Shown one piece after another: positions 1 to 15,322 of a stretch of 64,000 nt of DNA. Position 1 is the first letter of the stretch, and every line of letters begins with the position of its first letter. Position numbers and translations under genes: made by a program. Under the pieces are notes generated by a model. That model worked only from the letters and a program-made list of their open reading frames with translations, was not told the DNA's origin and did no database searches. The stretch is from the human T2T-CHM13v2.0 reference genome, Homo sapiens, in the NCBI RefSeq assembly GCF_009914755.1, contig NC_060928.1. One strand, written 5' to 3'.

Positions 1-899
1 GAATTTTTCATCGGGTTGCCTTTCTTACTTTGTTTTTAACCTTTATCTGCCTTAACCAAGTTTTTATGAAACTAGCAAGATTGATTGAGATAATAATTAC
101 TTCTTCCCAGGGAGAAAGCTAGTAGTAAATGATGAAAAAATAGCTGCTTGTCCTCATCAGGGCAACATGAAAGACGTATGTTAGGCTTTACTTCCTATTA
201 ATCAAATCAGTTTATACTAGAGAGCCATGTACTCTCACTCACTTTTATTTGCAAGAGAGCTGTCTTTGTTTTAAGGTGCCAGTTGTGATCCGAGTACAGA
301 ACCAAATCCAGGGTCTGAATAGTCCTTCCCTAACATATTCATCCTTGGCCTCTAAATGTCAGCCACTGCTTCTGTCTTTCATCTTCAGTGCCTTTGATTT
401 CCTTCCACTGTCACCTCTACTCTCAAAAAGTATGAGAAAAATATGAAAAAATGACTTGTGGCTTTAGAGGGTCTGTTGTCTCAACAATAGTGGAAGGAAG
501 AGGTTGGAATATAGGTTAGAGGTCCTTATTCCAGACAACATTAGTATTTCTAATTTCAGTGAATTTCTAGTTCCAACAAATAGATTGAGCAGAAACGACT
601 CATTAGTTGGGATTGACTTGTGGTTCTTGTGTCTTTAATATGCTGAGTATTAACCAAATGAAAGAGGACTTAGGTGATTCAAAATGAGGACTTCTGTGAT
701 TTCTATGTGAATCCTTTGTCCTCTGAAAAAGAATTAGATAAATAAAAGGTAGAAATAATTAATGTTTCAACATATTTGATTAATGATACTAAAAAAATTA
801 TTAATGTTTGTGGTACTCTGTTGGATTCCTTTGTAATATTACTTAAACTTTACTAGGTAGTGATTTGAAATAATTTTCTTTTTTTAATTCTTAAAACTT

Positions 900-1340
900 T
901 TTAAAAATTTTATTTTTGACAGTAATACTTGTATATGTTTATGGGGTACAATGTGATGTTTTGATTATGTCTACATTGTAGTAAATCAAGTTAATATATT
1001 CATCACCTCACATACTTAACATTTTTTTGTGGAGAGAACATTCTGAAATCTCCTAGCAGTTTTGAAATATACGGTTATTAATTATAGTCACCATGCTGTA
1101 CAGTAGAGCTCCAAAACTTGTTTTTCTCATTTTACTGAAACTTTTGTATCCTTTGAAAATCATCTCCCCTACCTCACCCGTGGCCCCCAGCCTCTGGTAA
1201 CCACCATTTTACTCTCTGCTTCTATGAGTTGGATCATATAAGCGAGATTGTGCAGTAATTGTCTTTCTGTGCCTGGCTTATTTCACTTAGCACAGTGTCC
1301 TCCAGGTTCATGCATGTTGTCACAAATGACAGAATGAAAG
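900..1340 (-). mobile_element. Old L1M(A) 3'-end fragment
   Basis: ATGGGGTACAATGTGATG...TGTGCCTGGCTTATTTCACTTAGC...TCCAGGTTCAT, typical antisense L1MA 3' end. Confidence 0.75.
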
Positions 1341-1519
1341 GATTTCCTTATTTACAAATATAGTATATCCCCAGATGGCTAACATTTTGTATGTTCAGTA
1401 CTAATTATTAAAGTAAGTAGGACAGAGTTGGTATGAATTAATGACAACAAATACTTAGCTGGTATAAGAATATTCGAAACTCCGTAGAATATTGCTACAG
1501 AGGTAATTGCTACACATAG

Positions 1520-1863
<344 letters not shown>

Positions 1864-3335
1864 ATTTCTTTTTCATGTAACCTTTGTTCATAAGTATAAC
1901 AAATCTTTGAAGAGTGTTTAGGTTATTAATGACATTATACTATAGAGTGCAGCTAATTATTTTTCTGTTGCTTAATCTATTTTTCTACTTAATTCTCAGC
2001 TACATGCTTTCCATATTTTAAAATCGAGATTTCCTTTTATGTTTATTCTTGGTTTACATTTCTATGCTCTTCTGTCAACATTTAATGAGTGCAGATTCAA
2101 ATGAATTCTAATGCTGGTTTAAGCAGTACCTAACTGGTATATGTGCTGAGCAGGATACCAGTTCATTAAAACCAAATATTTGAAGTTGAGACTCTCTGAA
2201 TTGCTCCTTACTTTTAGTAGAATGTGAGCTGTTGGGGAGCGTACAGGCTATGTATTTCTATCTATGTTTCCCTACAGTTTTAGTCAAGTGGTCTTGTACG
2301 TACTTGGCATTCCCTAATGTGTTTGCTAATTGAGTTAACGACATATTTATGTATCCATAACACCAAAGATGATTTTCGGATTTATACCTGGTACATTCAA
2401 TCAGGATGGGCACTGGCTCTGAATAACAGTACGGCTGCATAGATATATGCCAGCTGCCATGCTTAAAGCTGTGGTTTTCAGTTACCCTTTACCACAGAAC
2501 CACATGATTACACTATGTTCCGTAGTTTGTTGTAATTTAAATCACCTTAAGAATCATAAGCAGCTAATGAAAGAAAGCTATGATTCAGGATTCTTTTTAA
2601 AGTATTGCCTTAAAAGATATTCCATTTTTCTTAGATAAACTGTCTTGTTTTTTGCTTTCTTCAAAAATAATCAAAAGAAAATGGAAAAACATTTTTTTAA
2701 AGAATTAATTTAAATGTATTTTAATGTTGCCTTTTTAACATTAGACTTCTAATGTTTTTAAAAGTAAAGTCCAAAATATGATGAGATAAGTATAGTAATG
2801 ATATTTTATTCTCATATTTTAGGATGCTACTAGATTTTTGTTTTGTTTTGTTTTTAAATAAATAGGGTGACCATACATCCAGATTTGCCTGGAAGAGTCC
2901 TACTTTATACCTTCTATCCCAGCATAATTATTATTCATTCTTAGAAAGAAATTCCCTGGTTTAGATGATACAATTTCTGATTGACTCTTGGAAATTTACA
3001 GAGGTCTTATTGCATAAGTAGATAAGTTACTGTTTAACAATTATAAGGTGTTAGAGATAACTCTCATTTGAAGGACTTTTAATGTCAAATAGTTCACAGA
3101 AGAGGAGAAATGTATTGCCTCCTCTCACCCTTAAACACACACCTGCAAACGTATATGAAACTTTGCTAGTAACACAGAGAGGACAAAGTATTTCTGGCCA
3201 TAATAGATTTGTATGAAGAGTAGAGGAGATTTATGTATTAGAATACAACAAAGAAGGAAGAGATGTCTGGAAGTGCAAAAGCATTTATCGTGGTTCCCTG
3301 CAGCCATACTAACAGTAGCTTGAAAACAAATACTG

Positions 3336-3649
<314 letters not shown>

Positions 3650-4344
3650 GAAAACAAATACTGGCTAATTTAGTTCTTCTATAATATCCAGAAAATCTGT
3701 TATTTCATTTTCTCGTGAATCAGAAAATAGTTTCCATTGTATTAAGTTTTTTCAGAAATACATTACAGTGGTTTCATGCTTTTTCTGAGTAATAATAGAT
3801 ATAATAGCTAATACTTATTGAATGCTCACTTTTCAGGGTACTATTCTGAGTACATTCCATGTGTTAACTCATTTGATTCTTGAACAATATCTGAAGTAGA
3901 TGATATTCTAATTTTGCACTGAGGAAGCGGGGACCTAAGTCATCTGAGTAATAGCTAGAAAATAGTAAAACCAGAATTCTAACCCAGGCAGTTTTGCTTG
4001 AAAGCCTGTTTTCTTTATTAACTATGTTGAAATGAATCAGTACCTATATCCAGAAAATCGTATTATTGGATTACGTGTATTTGTCACAGTCCTAGAAACT
4101 TTTTTTTTTAAAGCATTTCTCTGATGTTGAAGTACATGCATACGTATTTGTGGGTAGGGAAGTTAGGGAGATTATAAGGAACAGTCATCACATTTTTGAA
4201 AATCTGAATAAGGTTTTTACTGTTTGCCTGGCTTGTGTTAAGAAGTCTGTGTTTAGCTGAAGTCAGTTTTGAAATATTTGTTTATTGGAAGAAAAACTGT
4301 AAAACTGGAAGTATTAATGTTATAGGGTAGGTGATTTTGTGTGT

Positions 4345-4630
4345 TTGTTTATTGTGGTAAAATACAATCTATTTGTCATTTTAGCCATTTATAAATATGT
4401 AGTTCATTGGCATTAAATACATTCACAATGTTACGTAACCATCACCATGAGCTGTACCTAAAACTTTTTCATCATCTCCAGTGAAAACTCTGTGCCCACT
4501 AAACTCCTTCCCTCCTAAGGATAGCCCCTGTAACCTCTATTCTACTTTTTGTCTCTATGAGTTTCCTTATTCTAGGTACCTCATATAAGTGGAATCATGC
4601 ATTTGTCTATCTGTGTCTGACTTACTTTGT
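4345..4630 (-). mobile_element. Old L1M(B) 3'-end fragment
   Basis: TTTTATTGTGGTAAAATA...GGCATTAAATACATTCACAATG...ACCTCATATAAGTGGAATCAT. Confidence 0.75.
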
Positions 4631-5280
4631 TTCTAAAATAATAGAATTTAATTAATGATTGTGAGCTAACTTTATGGTAGGCTTTAATTTAGGCTTTTAA
4701 ATGTTAATTTACTTCAGTGTCATATTTGATGTTCATTTTTTTTTTGTAGTGGAGTTTACTGTAGAATAGAAGGTAAATTCAGTTAAACTCATTTGTTTTT
4801 GTATGAACTCTTATCAGCCTCAAATGACTAGTTCTGTGGGTCTTGGGAACAATTGAAATGTAGCCCAGTAGTGGAATTCTGCTGAGTTGAAGAAGGGTCT
4901 TTGCTTTACTGAGATATAGCCCAACTACTGTGGACCACAAACCAGGATCCCTGCTTTTAAAGTTAGCTATAGGGTTTAACTGTTTATCTAGATACCAGAT
5001 GTGTAGGATTCTGCATTTTAGAAAGAAGTAGATTTCTTCCTAAAAGACTGTTGTCTTGTATCAGTGTCTGGCTAATCATCTAGTACTACTAATTTCATGA
5101 ACTTTAAAATCTTATTTATTCCTTAAATATGTTAATTTCGGGTTAGGGATGATATATAGGAATCGGGTCAGGGGGTGGGGGCGGGTGGCGAGTTGCTCAT
5201 ATCTAGGGTCATTCTGCATTTCCTCTAAGTCCTGCATTCTCATTAGATTATTTTTCTGTTAGCAGTCTGGTTCTTTAGCA

Positions 5281-6082
<802 letters not shown>

Positions 6083-7364
6083 TTTGGCAGAAGCTTGGCC
6101 TGTATTGGATGAATATTATCAGTGCCCTTGAGGAAGTACACTTTTATCCCTTTAATTGAGAAACTAGTTTATGACTATAATGTTTATTAAGCTAATTTTA
6201 TAATACCATGAATTTTTGGTCTTACTCAACAGATTACCTCAAATTAACTGGCACTGTTTGCCAGAAATGTAAGCATTTTCCAGAGTTACCATTAAAAAAG
6301 AACTCAAAGTTTTTGAAAACTGTATTTATTCTTGTGTTTTTCTATATTCAATTTAAAAAGCCTGCCTATCAGTGTTTTCATTAAATTCAAAACAGAGAGC
6401 AATGCTAATTATCTATAATAAATAGAATTTTCTGGCACAATTAAAATTTATTTAAATGTAAATTTAATAGAGATTAAAAGCTTTCTTAGGATGTTGATTT
6501 TTGAATGTGCTTTCTCCTCCAGGATGCACCCTTTATAATAGTTACATTTTGAATACATCATTGACACCACATTTTGTTGAATCTAATTACAGTTTAATTT
6601 GTGCCTTCTGCTTACACTGCTCTTTTGATCGTCTCATGATTATATGGAAGCTGGTAGAGATCATTTCTTTACAAGTTCTCTATTAAAAAACATAGGTATT
6701 TCTATCAAAAATGTTTTGTGTAAGATAGAAGTTTATCTTCTGTAGGCTTTAGATTTTATAAAATAGAAGAGTAACAGATCCTAATAAAGGTAACATAGTT
6801 TGTCCATTTTATAGTGTATGTAAAATTACCTTTTTTACCTTTTAGACATGAAGTATGCTGGTAAATTTTTGGTTACTTTGTTGTGTGACCGTACCACTTT
6901 TTAACCCTTTTTTCTTTTCTTAAAAATAACTTAAAACTTTTTTTGCACCTTGTAATTGTTTTAATTATGAAATAATGGTTTTGCCATATTCTTTCTACAT
7001 TCTGGTTTGTATTTAAGGGTGGATGGTAGATGAGATGATACACGTGTGTGTGCGTATGTTTTTGTTTGTGTTGAATTTTTAAAATCCTGATACATAGAAA
7101 CGCATTTCTGGTAGAAGGTGATATTTAAAGATTTTTGTAAACCTTGTCCTTTTCTACTCATTTTGAGTAAAACTTCTGAGCTTGATGGCTTTGAAATACA
7201 AGTCATGAGACTTAAGGAAAGTGATCAAGTTTATCTGTTTCTTAAATAATAGTGCCGACGGAACTTGGAATTTACTAGTGAGAAATAGGAAGCGTAGTTT
7301 ACATATTCTGCCATTTTTTTTCTTTCATGTGAATTTGAATAGAGAAAAGATAGATGGTTATTGC

Positions 7365-7860
7365 ATGTATTGGGTTTCTACTGCCGTATAACAAGTTACT
7401 CCAGAATGTAGTGGCTTAAAACAACATACATTTATTATTGAACAGTTTTCATGGGTCAGGAATCTGGGACAGCTTAGCTGGATCCTCTGCTTTAAGGTCT
7501 CTCTCAGACCTCACAGTCTTCTCCAAAAGCCTGACTAAGGAAGTATTTGTCTCCAAGCTCACTCACCTCTTTGTTAAAAGGATTTTGTTTTTTTCTAGGC
7601 TGTTGCATTGACAGGGCTTCAGTTCCTCACTGGTGTAGGCGTCTTAATATGTTAGCTTGCTTAATCAAAGCATGTAAGCCAAGAAGGCAACAGAGAGGGT
7701 GCCAGTGAAATAGAAATAACTGTCTTTTGTAACCTAGTCATGGAAGTAACATCCTTTGATTTTTTTTGTGTGTGGTAGAAATAAGTCACAATGTCCAGCC
7801 CCCACACAGGACATAAATACCAGCAGACAGGGATCATTGAGAGCCATGTCAGAAGCTATT
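7365..7860. mobile_element. MaLR MLT1-type solo LTR
   Basis: TGTATT...GTGGCTTAAAACAAC...CATTTATTATT...CAGTT...GGGTCAGGAATCTGGG, a characteristic MLT1 terminus. Confidence 0.7.
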
Positions 7861-8124
7861 TTGCCTTAGTTATATAAAATTATGATAGACTACATTGAGA
7901 ATGAGTTTATAGACAATCTGTTTAGTTTTTTTGTGAGTGCAAAGCCCACTATTAATTTTGTGGGAATTTTTAGTATGGGTAAATTCTTTTTAATATGATG
8001 TTTAACAGGAATGCTGCCTTTCTGTTTCTTTGCCTCAGTTCTTTCAATCTCCAAAATAGGATTTCAGGTCTTACCCCCACCCACTTTTACATTTAAGTGT
8101 ATGTGTTATATGCTGGAAAAATTA

Positions 8125-8575
<451 letters not shown>

Positions 8576-8742
8576 AGAGAAATCATCTTCTCTTTTGAGA
8601 ATGCCAGATGGTGTAGGCTCTCATAGTCCTTTTAAGTGTCATAGGTAGATGCTTTTGTTTCATAAAAATTCGGAATGGGATTTATTTAGTCTGTACTAAA
8701 TTGCTCAGCAGTGAAATTAGGAGGGAAGCTTAGAATCGGATC

Positions 8743-9266
<524 letters not shown>

Positions 9267-11800
9267 AATCTGTTCAGTCTGTTAGAGCTTGAGTATTACT
9301 TTTCCAAAAGGTTTTGGCTGGCACTAGAAATCTACTTTTACTACTGTTACATACAGCTTTCCAGGAAAATCAACATTTTTTTAAACTCATTTTTCAGATA
9401 AAGGATATAGAAAAGAAACAAAATACTTTCCTTATTTAAGTCTGTTGTCTAGGTTAGGCAGCATGTGTTTGCCAGGAAGATGGAGGTGTTGGGAGGGGAA
9501 AGAAGAGGGACGTTTGAGATGAATTTTCTCTTCCCTTACACTGTTTCTCTTTTATTAAGAAAAGTCAAATACTAAATAGTGATTTTTAAGTGAGAATGAT
9601 GTTGGCCTTACATGATATCACGTATCAGTTTGAAAATACATTCAGTAATTGTCAAAGAATTGGTTATATAGTGTTTCATCAACTTTATAGTCTTGTTTTA
9701 ATGAACATTTACTTATAAAGATTTGCATTGAAATAACATCTTAGATGAAATGGAGGTCTCACAAGAAGGGCCCTTGCTAGTTGCCATGCCAACTTTCTGA
9801 TGTGTAGGTATTGATTGGAAAGACCTATAAATGACATGGTTTTTTCTTTGATTATGTCTTTAATTCCAGTAGATTATTTTTGTCTGTCCTATGATACTGC
9901 TGTAGTAAGATTAACATTAAAGGCAGACAGTAATTTTAACTACCTTTGTAATGTACTTAATTCTTTGGTCATATGTCTTTTATCTCTACATTTTGTGGAA
10001 GTTTAACAACTTAAATGTTTTTGAGGACTAAAGTTTGAAGGGGCTGACTAGTAATTTTTTAGTTTTTAGCATGAATTTACATTTTAGTAAGCTGTAGTAA
10101 GCCTTAGCTAAAGTGATACATCCTGCTCACATAATCATTTAGGTAAAGTTATTAGGATTATAGTATATAGAATGGGTGGATGATTTTGGTATATTCCTTT
10201 ATCTTATAAATCTTATCTTACAAATCTGTATCTTATAAATCTACGAAAATAATCATGTATTTACTTATGAAAACTAGATCAAATAGTGAAGTTAAGTAGT
10301 GTCCGTATTGTTCTAAAGAAAATTAGGTTGTAGTATATATTAAAAACATTTAATGATCTGCCTTCCTTACTTTTCTCATTTACTTTGGAGTCTGGGACTC
10401 TACTAGCTTGTATGGTTTGTTGGATTCTTTTAGTTTAGTAATTTGGGAAACAGGAAGGTAACCTCAGGATGGATGAGAATTGCCATTAGCTATGGGTCAG
10501 TTTAGTAGACTTGTGGATTCATAAAGATTTTTGAAACTTGATGGCTGCTTTATGTATCTTTAGTCTTGTTGGCTTTGTAAGTTTGGAATATGTTTTTATT
10601 GTATGGGTGGTTAAAATCAGGTGCTTTGGTCTCTTTTTTAAGGCCATTTGCTACCTTAAGATCTTTTTAATCTAAATCTCTTACTCTGATAAAACATGCA
10701 CATCAGAACATGTTTAGTGTTAGAATATGTTTCCTTTGACAAGAAAACATTTGAAAACAATTCTGTTTCTTTTTTTGGCATACATTTAGCTAATAAATTA
10801 GATTATTTTTTGGACTAATTTTGATGCAGTTTTTAAGATAGGATTTAGGAAACCGTTCCAACTGTTTTAGTTATTTATGGTATACAACTTTTCATGAAAA
10901 AGTTACTTTAAATTGTCTTACTTTTTTTTATTTTCCTGCTTAGAAATCTCTCATTTTTCCTCCACTGAAGATAGTTAAAATTTGCATGCCACATAAATTG
11001 CCTTTCATGTATCTCTTAAATTTAAAATGCTGAATTTAATTTTAGTATTTAGTAAATACATTTTACATTAGGCTTTAAGGGCACATTTGGTCCCTGTAAA
11101 TTAAAAATATACATAGTTTATTCCTCAGAGTTTATAATGTGTACAAATAATGAGTGAGAGTCACTCAAATTAATATTTGCTAGCACCTGTAGAAGTAAAT
11201 CATTCACGTTTATGTTAATGTGCCCTGGGGGTGTATATATATGAATTGGTTTTTCCCCCTTTCTCTCCTACAAATCAAAGGAAATGTTAGCCTTTTCTCA
11301 CTTCTGCCAACAATACTAGAACAGTCAACACTTGAATGAACCACAACATATTGAGCTTTACAAAAGTCAGTAATATCCATCATCTTGAGTTATCCTTGTA
11401 CTACCTGCAGTATTAGAGAAAGAACCCACAGATCAGTTTTTCTATTAAAATGTTAAAATAACAACCTCAGGCATTGATTATCATATTTAGTAAGGATTAA
11501 CTTCATGGCATTTGATAATTGTGTGTGCATAAGTGTGCTTTTTAACTGATGTCTAACTTTGTGATTACTAGTGGGGGAAACCTTGTTATCAAGTTGTTAG
11601 ACTGGGTTTTCATCAAGGAAGTTGGATGTTATACTCGAATTGTTAGTCCTCTACGAGAAAACAGAATGGTTCTCTTGAGTGAATAAGCCAGGATAATGAG
11701 GCGAGGGGTTTTATTTCAAAGTTTGTTTTGGTGATGGCATAAATACATAACAGGTTCTGAAATCCAATTACTATATTAAATTTCATCACTTGTTTTTTAG

Positions 11801-11827
11801 GTATTCCAATAACTGTACCACCTCCAG
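11801..11827 (+). CDS. FIP1L1: FIP1L1 27-nt alternative microexon, (G)IPITVPPP, in the proline-rich region
   Basis: tgttttttag|GTATTCCAATAACTGTACCACCTCCAG|gtaaaa. Symmetric phase 1-1 exon; the peptide matches an isoform-specific insert I recall in Fip1 (PPPG-IPITVPPPG-FPPPPG). Confidence 0.88.
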
Positions 11828-12366
11828 GTAAAACTTTTTTCATGTTTTCTCCATCATTGTTAATAAACATGAAATTTCAAGCTTATAGTTACAGGAGAGA
11901 CGGTGTTGATGCGGTTAGAATATGGAATAGGCTATGGGGATTTCAAGGTCCTATTTTCAGCTCTGCCTTTGCTTCATTCCAGTTTTGATTAAGATATTTA
12001 GTTTTCTTATACCTGTCTTACCCGTTTCTGTAGAAATAGAGATTCTGAGAAAATTCTTACCTATTCAATTTGTGAAGAAAACAGTATAGGATATAAAATA
12101 AAAGTTTTCTTAAAAATGTCTTTACAGACCAATGAATTTTTTATGTAATATAGTGACTATAAGAGAAGAGAAAGATAATTTATTTTGTCTTTATCATTAT
12201 TTCCGATTTTTTAATTTTAGTCCTGCTGGCTTAGTATCGTGAGAAAATGTGTTCTAAACCCCACATAGCAACTAGACAGACAGCTGGTCAGGTGGCTGTT
12301 CTTAGAGTGGTGATTGTTTATTGTTGTAATAGTATGATCACTAGGAGTTTATATGTGGCCCAGTGT

Positions 12367-12398
<32 letters not shown>

Positions 12399-13871
12399 TT
12401 TTTGTCAGTTATTTCTTTTTATAGTGTGATATCACACCTGGTAGCAAGTGTGTCTTCCTGAGTTCAGTGTTAAAAGCCAAGGTGTGTAAAGAGAATGAGA
12501 GGTGATAATGCTTGCAAGGGTGGGTCTAAATTCAAAATGACTTCAATAAACAGAAAGAGTGAAGTTTAGGTAGCATAGTACAGTATACATACTTAGATGT
12601 GGAATACAGACATTGATTATGTGTGAATGTGTCTGAAAAAGACTCATCAGGGAAAGTCAAAGGAATCATTTGTGTCTTTTTAGTTTAAAAAACAATGTGG
12701 TTGTGAGGCTGTATGAAATAGGATTGTGGACTTTAGGACTAATGTGGTAATTGCCAAATTTTGTACTTTTAAGATGTTTAATAGAGGAATTATAGATCCT
12801 AACACTGGATACAGTGAAGAACATGGTAAACATGAAAACAATTTGAAGTGGGGCTAAAAATGGATTTAAGTGGACCTTTGAGAAGGATTCAGAGAACTGA
12901 TTCATTTTTTCACAGAATTACTAAAACGGAGGCTTAGTGGAAGTGTTTTCACATAACTAGAAGGTGATAGACAGTATGACAGTGGAATACCTCTTGTTCT
13001 CATTTAGGACAGTGTCTGAATTGTAGTATGAGAGACTTAAGTTAGATAATTTAGTGCATTTCCTAGTAGTGAGAGTTGTTAATTGTTAACACTTGGAAGG
13101 AATTGGTATCATAAGGAATTGACATCATAAGTTTTGGAAATCTTTTTCTGCTAGGATGCTTTATAGCCTATCTGAATTTGAAAGTGTAGTGTAGATTAAC
13201 TGTTTTTTAGCCATATTATTCTGTGGTATTCCATTTAGGTATTGTGAATTATTCAGAATGCAGACCCCACGATATAGAGGTACAAATTATATTCCTTCCA
13301 AACTAATACACAAACTATATTATGTGCTTTTCTTTGTAAAACAGTTTGTTAGGGTTGTGCTATTTGAACATATTTTCTGGTGGATATTCTCAGCTTTGAA
13401 CACTGTACATTTACTGGTAAGATTTTATTTATAAATTACACATTTTAAGGAAATTTCTATACTTCTAAAACTCGAAATATTTTTTGAAAGAGGTAATTGC
13501 TATATATCTGCTTTCCTTCTAAAATATTTCAAATATATCTGGTGGCTACTGTTTTATGTATGGAGAAGGTAAGGCATTGAGATTAACTTTCTCATACTTA
13601 CAAAATGGGCTGTGTGTGGTGCTGAAAATAAGACCGGTGTCCTGACTCCCAGTTTGTTTTCTGTGTATTAGACCAGACTGCTTACTTAAAGTTTTATTGC
13701 GCTAAAAATCTGTTCATAAGTTTGAGCTCCATTTTTTTCTGTCCATTATTACAACATAGAGAAGCACATTCATATCCCCAGAGAAATTTAGTGATATGCA
13801 GCAACTTTGTTTCACTCTTGACATTAAGTGTACATTGTTAACATTTTTTATCTTATGATTGAATGTTTCAG

Positions 13872-13926
13872 GTTTTCCTCCTCCACCAGGCGCTCCACCT
13901 CCATCTCTTATACCAACAATAGAAAG
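13872..13926 (+). CDS. FIP1L1: FIP1L1 coding exon (55 nt), (G)FPPPPGAPPPSLIPTIE(S)
   Basis: tttcag| ... ATAGAAAG|gtaaat; translation matches human Fip1; phase 1-2. Confidence 0.97.
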
Positions 13927-15266
13927 GTAAATCAGTATGGATACTGATTTTTGATCATTGATAGCCTTTTGACAGAAGAACCATATACTTGGAAATATTT
14001 TCAGATATTTAATTTTATAAACACAGCACCTGTCTTTTAATTTATAAATCTAGATCTATGTTAGTTACTTTTATATAAGATGTTGGACCTGTAGCCCGAT
14101 ATCAAAACAGGGCAAAGAAAACTAAAATCGTAATATTTTGAAATAATATCTTGCTTTGATTTATGACACACTTGATTAAAGAAGCTCCTAGACTGTTAAA
14201 AACCCAGCAAGTCAGTTTTATGGGAAATACAAACATAAATTACTGGAAATCATGAATAATACATGTCTGTTTTGGGATAAAGTAGGGAAAACTATTATGG
14301 GACCATAGTCAAGAAAAGCTGTCTTATTCCTTGATACACCATCTCAGCTTCCACAAAGAAGGATTAGATCCATTCTGTGTGGCAGTAGCCTTATTTTTTG
14401 TACCGTGTATTTAAGGCTTATGCTAACTAGAACGCTGTACAAAGAATATTTCCTTCATGGGTGGCAGTATGGTGTTTAACAACATAGAAATCAAACAGTG
14501 TTGCTAGGCAAGGTTCGTAAGCCCTTTGAGACTCAGTTTTCCTTTTTACCAAAAGGGTTGATAGAATTGTGAAGATTTAAAAGGCTACTGAATATAAAGT
14601 GCAAGTATAATTCTTGGCAGATAGAAATCACTAATAAGAGTTATTGTTATTTCCTCTTAAGTGGCAAATAAACTGTTAAAAATAGTGTGTTTCTGAAAAA
14701 ATGATTCAAATAATGTAAAAAGGCAAAATATGTGAGAACTTTACATCAGTAGCATCAAACCCTGCATATGATTTTCAGAGGAAACTATAAAATCAAGAAA
14801 GTATGAATTGTGAGAACATAAGGATTTAGTTTTATTGAGTGTCTGTTAGACACATTTATTTTCTCAGTCAAAATGTTAAAAAGTATTCTTTGTTAATCCT
14901 GTCAGTGGGGCTGAATTACTGATTTATCACCAAAAAACCAATTATTTAAGACTAAATTTTTAGTCTGAAATATTCTGATAGCCTGAAATTTTCTATTACT
15001 TTACTTGTAACTCAAGCTAAGTTGATTGGATTATTTATGTTAAATAGTATTAGTACATCCTATTTTTCTGTAAAATTAGGTATTTTAATATTTTTTAGGT
15101 TAAAAAAAACCCCATGTTTTATTAATAAAATTATAGAACTAAATTATCATTAAATTGGTGGTTGGATAAAAGTTGTAATTTTGCCTTGTTTTTCCTTTTG
15201 TACTACATTATTAAAATTCAGAACTTATTTGTACCAGACATAAAAATATATCTTTTTCTTCAACAG

Positions 15267-15322
15267 TGGACATTCCTCTGGTTATGATAGTCGTTCTGCA
15301 CGTGCATTTCCATATGGCAATG
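15267..15322 (+). CDS. FIP1L1: FIP1L1 coding exon (56 nt), (S)GHSSGYDSRSARAFPYGN(V)
   Basis: cttcaacag| ... GGCAATG|gtaagt; phase 2-1, in frame with its neighbours. Confidence 0.97.

Noticed and set aside
5166-5190. G-rich run with G-quadruplex potential
   Set aside because: Single short intronic tract with no supporting context.
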